From NCBI GenBank assembly GCA_045837725.1, contig JBEWZL010000101.1, forward strand, positions 372,001-436,000: a DNA stretch of 64,000 nt, in the 5' to 3' direction. The translations under genes and the position numbers were made by a program. The DNA is from Vermamoeba vermiformis (lineage: Eukaryota). The notes under the pieces are model-generated. The model was not told the DNA's origin and did not search any database. It worked only from the letters and a program-made list of their open reading frames with translations. Positions 53,512 to 64,000 of the stretch are shown piece after piece (position 1 is the stretch's first letter; each line of letters opens with the position of its first letter).

Positions 53512-54645
53512 CTAAGCAGGGATCACCTGAAGCAATCCCATGGATTGCATGCCTCTTACGGCGTCTTCGTAACGGGTGGCACTGTAGCCGGTCACGGTCT
53601 TGACGTCCGGTGAAGGCGTAGCAAAGGTGCCGTTGCGCATCAAGTCATGCCATTCGACGACGCCTTCAGCCTTCACAATGTGATTAGTAAGGATCGCTAA
53701 TATAGTACAATAGAGAGCTTACCATGTACTGGGGCGAGCTTCTCTTAAGAATGTTGATGAACTCTTGACGATCAACTTTCTTGTCGATGATTTGACGACC
53801 AAGAACTTTGGACAAAACCTGCAAAAGTCATTAGAATTGCTCATGAAATGATGTCCAAGCCGCACGTACTTTGCCCTTTTCGGCAGCTGCTACTGGCTCA
53901 GGACCAGTTAAGTAGTAAGACTTGTTCTTGAACTTGTCGTGGTTGAGAAGCGCAGCCGCGGCACATCTTCCAACATCATCGGACCACAACGGACAGAAAG
54001 TTCCATTTGGCTCGATATAGGGAGCAAAGCTCTGGTTGATGATCTCTTCTTTCATCGATAAAATCAAGTCCTAAAAAGGAAAAAGTAAGCAAATGTCTAA
54101 CAAACTTGACACGTGTCAAACTTACGAGCATAGGACCGAGTCTAAGGAAGCAGTATGGGATACCGCTTTGCTCAATCTTCTTCTCACCAATTCTGAACTC
54201 TTTTCCGAGAATGGTGGTATCGGTATCAGCGCCGTAAGAAGATCCAAAGACGAGGAACTTGACTGATCCGATCTGCTTGACCTCGTCAACGAAGTCACTG
54301 ACCCATTTCATACGATCACCTTGCTTCATCGTCTTGTCGGGTCTTGGAGCAGTAACCCAGACGCGCTCAACATTCTGGGAATTTTACGTGAGTTTCATGA
54401 TTTTGAAACGGATCTTCGAAACTTACCTTCAATGCGGCACGCATGGATGTCTTATCCTTAAAGTCCATTCGAATAAGCTCGATGTTGGATTCTTTGCCAA
54501 ACAGACGCTTCAATTTCGCTTCATCATGAGAGGCAGCTCGGAGAACGTAATCTTTCGGAGGAGATCGGAGCAAATGACGCACGACGGCAGAACCAGTGTT
54601 GCCAGTAGCACCAGTGATAAGAATGACAGGCTTGTTATTGTTCAT
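53512..54645 (-). CDS. NmrA-like NAD(P)-binding protein
   Basis: ILITGATGNTGSAVV, EKKIEQSGIPYCFLR, DDVGRCAAAALL..YYLTGPE, SPDVKTVTG. Confidence 0.9.
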
Positions 54646-54962
54646 TGTGGTATCGAATTAGTTGTTTTGATGATTGATGAGATTACTAGATTTTTAGATC
54701 CATTTTATATTTTTTGTCTGAAATCAGGCTGAGATTACCGAGTTAATACTACGCAAAAATTTAGCGGCAAATTATAGTGATATAGCAACGCACCTAATCA
54801 AGTAATATTTCAGGATCGAACATCGATAGCTGTTAAATAAGTAATTAGAAATTCCGGTTGATCTACGCGTTACAATCGATCAGTTGAAATAAATATGATT
54901 TTCATTGGTTATATTTAAATAATACATTTTCATTAGTCTGTACAAAAATGAGTTTTCTTGCC

Positions 54963-57900
54963 TTAAGATGAAGATGCGCCTGTTGTTGACGGACTTGATC
55001 CCGACGAGCTCGATCCACTATCAGAGGATGACCTGTCTTCTTCTTCTGGAAGCTCATGAATAGTACTATTATTAATATTCATAGAGGCCATGGCAAGGTT
55101 ATCTTTTGACGGCATTCCTTTGTATTTGGTTCCTTCTTGCGATCCAGGCTGCGAAGCATTTTTCAAATTCGTACTTGTATCGATTGCTGAATAAGGACCT
55201 TCGGCGCTTGAACTACTAGGTGGTGCGTCTCCGTAAGTAGATTGCGGAGGTTGTTCTTCCATGTTCACGGCGGATGTGCCGCGCAGATCTTCTCCCATTT
55301 CTTCGTTCAAAATCTCGACGAGTTCTTCGAAGGTCGGTCTATCCTTAGGGTCCTGCAAATATGGTTTAATGCACTTGCCTAATAAGGAAATCGAGTTTTC
55401 GTGAAGACTTACGGGAGCCCAACATTTGAGCATTAAACTCTTCAAAAATTCGTCCTCGCAAGTTGAGATGTCTGGATGCATGTTGATCTCACGAATTTTC
55501 AATGCCAATTCTAGCAAGTCCCAGCCTTCATAGGGCTCGCGGGCGTATATCATTTCCCTATTGACACGAGTCAGTACATGTATCTCGAGCGGAGATTTTA
55601 TGTCATAAAGTACGTACCACGCAGTAACACCAAAACTCCACACGTCAGATTTGTTACTGTATTCTCTCGTCATTAAGGACTCAGGTGACTATATAATACG
55701 TTAGTATATGTATTTGATATTATTGTTGAAGAGACGTACCATCCATTTGACAGGACCGATCGTGTTGAGAGTTTTACCAGTATTATCGATACCGACGATA
55801 CGCGCCATACCAAAATCCTATAAAATTATCGCAAGTAAGTAACTGAGTATCAAATAGATAAATTTGTACTTACAGAAATCTTTGGGACACCTTGATCCGT
55901 CAACTAAAAATTAAATTTGTTAGAATTATTATAACATGTTTTTTAAGTATATAATTAATGTAGCTTGAGCGTAACGTACCAAGATATTTCTGGTGGCCAA
56001 ATCTCTATGAATGACGTTCTGTGAATGCAAGTGAGACATGCCGCTAGCAATACCGCGTAACAAGTTGCGAATAGTTTTGCCGTCCAAAGAGTAACTCTTC
56101 AAATAGGTCTCCAAACTGCCCTTGCTGCAGTACTCCATGACCAAATGGAACTTTTCTTCGTGCGTGTAAACACCGAAAAGTTGGACGATGTTTGGATGCG
56201 GTCGCAGCTCACTTTAAAACACATTAGATATGGAACTATAAGTATTTTTTGTAATATATACGCTTAAAAATTCATTTTCAGTGGATGTGGTCTTAAAAGG
56301 AAAGAAATAAGTTAACAATAATTCTCAGAAAAAGCTCTTGTATTAACACTACTTAAATACTTACGCCATGACTTGAGCTTCTTTAATCATTTCAGCGCTA
56401 GTCTTGCTAGACTCATTCTGCGTTACTTTGACGGCCACCTCCGTAACTCGATTCAATTTGCCTCTCCAGACCACACCAAACGAGCCCTGACCGAGCTTAG
56501 TGAGCAATAAGACGTCGTTGGGCGATAACTCCCAGCGATTGGATTTGTTGCTGCCATTGGCAACAACGTTTTCAACACCTGGAATCGGAACGGAGACTAA
56601 AATTCCAAATTAGGAAATGGCTGCAATATTCGAGAAGAGGGTCATATATGGATCTTACCATAATTGGTATCTTCGAGCGGAAGTTCATCGTCTTTCTTTT
56701 GATTTTTCTTTTTCTTCTTTTTCGGTTTGACGACCACGAAGAAAACGATCAAAAATATTCCGACGCCAACGACCACAGCAATAGGAACAACTATGGCAGC
56801 AATTATTCCGCCGGTTAGACCCTGAGGTGTCGCAGTCTCATTCTTTCGCGAGAAAAGAATTCCATCCAATGGCTGAACGCTCCAAAGTGCTTCAATGGCG
56901 ACGGAAAAATTCGCGGAATAACTCTCGGGGGTGCCCAAGCACACTTTTTTCAGGCACGTGACGTTAATGAGCTCATCAAATGATGGGTCGTAGTTGGGAA
57001 AACCGAAGAATGCACCAGTGTCAAATTGCGTATCTGTGTTAGGCACAGCCGTCTTCAACAACACGTCGTAAAAGGACTTACTTCCGGAGTCAGTCCAGAA
57101 CTGCAAAATGATCACGTGATTAGTTTCATGAATGAATATGATAGTGCCCGGCAGTCTCGTCAAATTGATATGCCTGAGCTTATAATTAAATAAATAGGAT
57201 GAGTACGTACGGTAGTGCTGCCACAGGTCTCAACGCATCTAGCGTGCGCACAGGTCACGGAGTCTAACGAAGGAGCAAGATGTGTGAGTTGATTTAAATG
57301 GCCAATTGGTACGTAGGCTGTGGGACATTGTGGGGCCCTATTAAATACGAAATTTAGTTTCGAATATCGGGCTATTAAAAGTTTTGGATCTCATTAAATT
57401 GGCTGAAATTAATTGAGAGTATGAAATATAAATGAAAATTACCAAAATCCTCCATCGAGCCTAGCGTTACTGTTCGCGTCGATCCAGATCTGGGCATAAG
57501 ACAAGGGGGACGCCAACAAGGGTTTGTGACTAGGATATCTCGGCAATGCAGAGTCTGCTTCAATCTCCTTTACGACTGTATTGAAACATCGGTGAGTGCT
57601 GTAAGAAAGTATACAAAAGTATATCGTAGCTTACATTCTAAGTTCAAATTGAAGCTTGCGGTGATGTTACACGCGTCACCGGTACGTTTGTAACCATCAA
57701 ATTCGTCGTACCTCCAGCACGTTATATTTGTATCGACTGGACTACCATACGACGCCCATAAAGAGGTGAAGCTCGCTAACAAAAAGATTAGGATCCAGAT
57801 CTTGACAAATTGATTTGATTAATTTTTACCTGGTTGAACTGGTGCAGTTTGAAGAGTGTTGTCAAAGCCAAGGGAGCTATTCATATACGTTTGTAACGCG

Positions 57901-59454
57901 GTAATCATGTTTTCTCTAATAGATCCGTCTTCGATTAAGAACACGTACGGATCCAGTTCTAGAGCAATCGGCATCGGATTTTTTTCTATGGATGTTTTCC
58001 AAAGAGCATAATTTGTCGATTTATCGCCTCCCACGGCTAAATAACAATTTTGTTAAGTATTTTTTTCTAGCGAAAAAGATCCAGTACGCGCATATCAAAA
58101 ACGAATCAAAATTCTCTTCAACTAAGAAAATACTATTGCTTACCATATAAACTGACACTAATACCAATGCTAGTCAATTTCTGGTAATCCGTACTGGCAG
58201 TTTCATCGCTAATCGAATACGCAAATCGCGCCGCAATTCTCATAGCATTTAAAATGTCCGTAGAAGTGTTGAGCAATTGTCCGCGATTGAAGAAAGGTAT
58301 ATACGCAGAAGCTGTTATTCTTCCTCCAAAAGTTGCGTTTCTGACGTAATGAGTTCCGTATTTGGTAATAAAATTCAAGTAGTCGTTGTAATTGTAGCTC
58401 GTGGGTAAGGCTTTAACGTCGTCCATAAATGACTGAGAGAGGTTTGCGCGAAGCATTGAGGCTTTGAATATTGCAATTTCGGCTAAAAATGTAACGAGGT
58501 CAGTTCGTGCGTACATTGGTCTTTACAAAAAGGTGAATTTTAGGTTATATGTGCGTAGTGTAACAAATAATAGAATATTTTTAAAGGTCATATTAATTTT
58601 ATATTGTCATTGTGCTACTTACCGCTGCTGGTGTAAACCGTCGATCCCAAATTCATAATATTTCGGCTAACCATATTAGTATATCCGTTATTGCCAAATC
58701 CAACCTATCAACGTTATGTAAGTACTCGATATACTCAATATTCAGGAATGAATTTTGCGTTCACGTACTTCTGGAGCTAAATCCACGATAGTGACATCTT
58801 CCAGCAACCTCATACTAAACTCTCTGCGATAAATTATGTTAGAAAGCATTCTAAATGAAGAATTAATTGTTTCTTTCGGTGCTTTTCGGAAGTAGTGTCC
58901 GGTCTTGGTGACACTTCGACTCACAACGACACGGATGTACCATGATTTAAAATTTGCTGGATTAAAATACACCGAGTATTTACCTAGGTGTCCTTGCCGT
59001 ATAAAAGTTAAACGTATTGTTCTCGAATGAGAGAGTTTCGGTCGGAGTCCCGTCGGTTGTAGATTCGATTTCGTAAATTAACGCTTTATTCCACGTTAAG
59101 GATACTATAAAATATAAAAGTAAATATTATCACTTACTTATATAATATAATATCATTACAAATACTAATTCTTAATTAATTGTTCATGATTCAAACTTAA
59201 ACAGATCCCGCGTTCAAAAATCGCGTGAGTGCGTTGAATTATTTTTAATACTTACAATCGTCATCGCTTGTTGGTCTTAGATCACCTATATTTATTGTCA
59301 TAATTTGTAAAATTAAGAAGGCTTGTTTCAATTATTTACCGGTCACCAGATCAAATCCACGACCAATGTACGTGTAGACATTTTGCAGTTGGACCTGAGC
59401 AAGGCACACTTGCACTAATATACAAACTACCACTAGCGTGTATAAATATCGCAT
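54963..59454 (-). CDS. Single-pass receptor tyrosine kinase with extracellular MACPF domain
   Basis: Signal peptide MRYLYTLVVVCILVQVCLA. MACPF: YIGRGFDLVTG, LSQSFMDDVKALPTSYNYNDYLNFITKYGTHYVRNATFGG, VGGD..WKTSIEKNPMPI. TM GIIAAIVVPIAVVVGVGIFLIVFFVVV followed by poly-K. Kinase: LGQGSFGVV, VAVK, HRDLATRN, DFG, GPVKWM/SPE, SDVWSFG. Confidence 0.88.
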
Positions 59455-60121
59455 TGTGGAGGTCAACAACTGGTCTTGTTCAATAAGACTGACGGACTCA
59501 CATTACAAATTTGTAAACTTCAAAACCGTGCACCATAATCTTTCAATTTCATATTATTACTTGAGGTGTTCTTGCTCGTACATGATAGTGCTGCACACTA
59601 AGCGCGGAAGACACAGCGGAAAAAGATCCGACCCATGCATTGTCCTAACCCGACTGAGCGGATGAAGTAACGTATATTTGCTACAAATTTACTGCGAGTA
59701 CTATATCATATTTTTAACTCTTTTGGTAAGTCTATCAAAACAGATTCGCGTGCAGATGGACCAACAATATGCACCAGCTTCCTCAATGTCACTAATAATA
59801 TAATTATTTATGAGTATTAATTTTATGAATAATCATAATTAATTCACCAATTCTGACGTCTTTGACCTGCGTAAATTCTTTATCCGCATCTTGCTCAGCT
59901 CCGGATACTTATGCAATACTTCGCAAGTAATTAATAATGATATCGATGAACTCACGAACCAATGTGGGGGTCTCGGTGAAAACCTTCGAGAAGCCCGGAG
60001 TTGTCTCCTTGCTCCGAGATCAATTCCGTTTAGGGAGGCACTTCACTTCCCCATTTATTTGCGTTTAGAGCACCGTCGTCCATAAAACTAATTGCAAACA
60101 AGCTAAATCAAACACAATAGA

Positions 60122-62346
<2,225 letters not shown>

Positions 62347-62551
62347 TTAAAAGCAACAATAAATCAAATGTAACATACCGATAGTATTGTTATTTGTCTG
62401 ATTTGAATATTTGTCCCTGTTGTGGGACGTGGCCGATTTTTGTTTGGCGAAAAACTCGAGAATTTAAGAGACTTACCTGCGCTGATTTCTTAAATTAGTT
62501 TTTCATAACAATCGTTGATAATACAACCGATTATTTGATTAGCCATTATAA

Positions 62552-64000
62552 ATGGAGCAACTTAAAGATCAGATCAGAGAGCAAGGAGAGGCTTTGCGAA
62601 AACTCAAAGCTAATAATCCAGAATGGCATACAGATAAGAAAATCTTAGAGCATATTTGGAATTTATTGAATTTGAAGAGCAAAGACCCAGCTTTGAACGA
62701 AGAAGTCTTTGGAACTGACAAGGTAAAATAAATTTAAAATCTCAGTTCAGAAAATATTTAATTAAATTTAAAGACCGGCAATATGATAAATATATTAAAT
62801 TAAATCGTGGCAGCATAAATTTAATATTTTTTTGCATTATTTTAGCCAGCGAAGCAAATCAAGATCCGTTGGTACGTCGTAGACGACAAGAAAAACAAAA
62901 TTCGCTATCAAAATGTATTCAAAAACCGTACTTTTGTCACGGGCAAAGAAGTAATCGCTTCAATCAACAACTATATGCACTCCCTCGTCCAACGAAAGAA
63001 AGACCAACTTCCAAAGCACGTGACGGGAGATTTCGTTAAAATCGAACACGTGTCCAGACCCGTCGCTAAGGCGGCAAAGGTCTTGCGCTCAATTACAGAA
63101 GAAGACATGTTCAGATTGCCTGCAGTCTTCCCTGGTCCTACGTTACAGCCTGAAACAGTCATAGAGTTTAAGGTCACTTTCCCTGGCCCTGCTTATCACT
63201 TGACCACGCCTGAAGCATATAACCTTCATAGACCCGAGATCGTTGACGCAGGTACGTAATGACGGCAATACTTGATATTTCTGAAGCTCGATCTGATCCG
63301 TGTAAATGTAGGTGTTAACTTGTTCGAGAAAGTGTTGTACAAGAACGTCGATGCAGTCATTGCACGATCATTTGCAGCTGGTGTATCTCAGAGTGTACTG
63401 ATTTCAATTGACGCTCAAACTAGTGCCACGTCAGTCGAGATCTGCAAGAAACATTTGCAAAGCTTGTACGCAACGGCTGGTGTCCATCCTTTGTATATTG
63501 GCAATGCTCCAGTAGCTCGCGGAGACGAAGAGGAGAAGAAACAGATTGAAGAGGATGAGAAGGCCCTGCAGTCCGCGCAACCTGAGGGTGCTGAAGCCAA
63601 CCCGAAGGCCGAAGAAAGTAACAATAGCAACGAGAAGCCTAAAGAGAAGGACTTGAAGACTGAATTGAACGCCATCACAGCTCTCATTAAGCACAATCCC
63701 GAGTATGTCGTCGCTGTCGGTGAGATTGGCTTGGACTTTAAGGACAACTTGGCACTTGGTAAGTTGAATTCAGATACTTTTACGCTCGTAAGCAGGGATT
63801 GACGAGCTATATAATAGAGTTGAGAGAGACGCAAAAAGTGTGGTTCGAAGAGCAACTCAAGTTAGCCGCTGAGTTGAAGTTGCCCGTGTTAATTCACGAG
63901 CGTGAAGCTTTCAGAGAAACGATTGACATCCTCCGAAAGTACAGATCTCAGTTACCAACCGTCGTGATTAACTGCTTCACTGGCTCGCAAGAGGAAATGG
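62552..64000 (+). CDS. TatD-family nuclease with N-terminal WHEP-like domain (3' end beyond window)
   Basis: N-terminus LKDQIREQGEALRKLKA. TatD motifs IVDAG/VNL, YATAGVHP, VAVGEIGLDF, FEEQLKLAAELKLPVLIHER, VVINCFTG. Confidence 0.85.

Noticed and set aside
56262-56300. LRPHP-like sequence inside a kinase intron suggesting an alternative exon
   Set aside because: Too short to distinguish from chance; the flanking exons already splice into an intact kinase subdomain.

Overview
Gene-dense, intron-rich eukaryotic DNA, AT-rich with short GT-AG introns and the standard genetic code. An amoebozoan-type protist is my inference from the gene content. Conserved genes are SDA1 (partial), an SDR, OTUD6B/OTU2, two NmrA-like proteins, TPI, INTS9, NDRG, ANP32, DLD and a TatD (partial). 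From about 6 to 31 kb there is a fast-evolving island: five F-box/LRR genes plus a remnant, a CpG-depleted SAM-SAM-P-loop NTPase resembling Crinkler effectors, a 7TM protein, a GPI-type surface protein, a 2OG-Fe(II) oxygenase overlapping an LRR gene tail-to-tail, and an LRR/pseudo-AAA+/kinase. The most unusual architectures are a single-pass receptor tyrosine kinase with an extracellular MACPF (perforin-like) domain at 54963-59454, the LRR/degenerate-AAA+/TKL kinase, a RecQ helicase fused to a chromodomain, and a WHEP-TatD fusion. The palindrome TGACACGTGTCA recurs across the window. All gene models were spliced and translated by eye and no database searches were run, so exon boundaries and domain names need confirmation.
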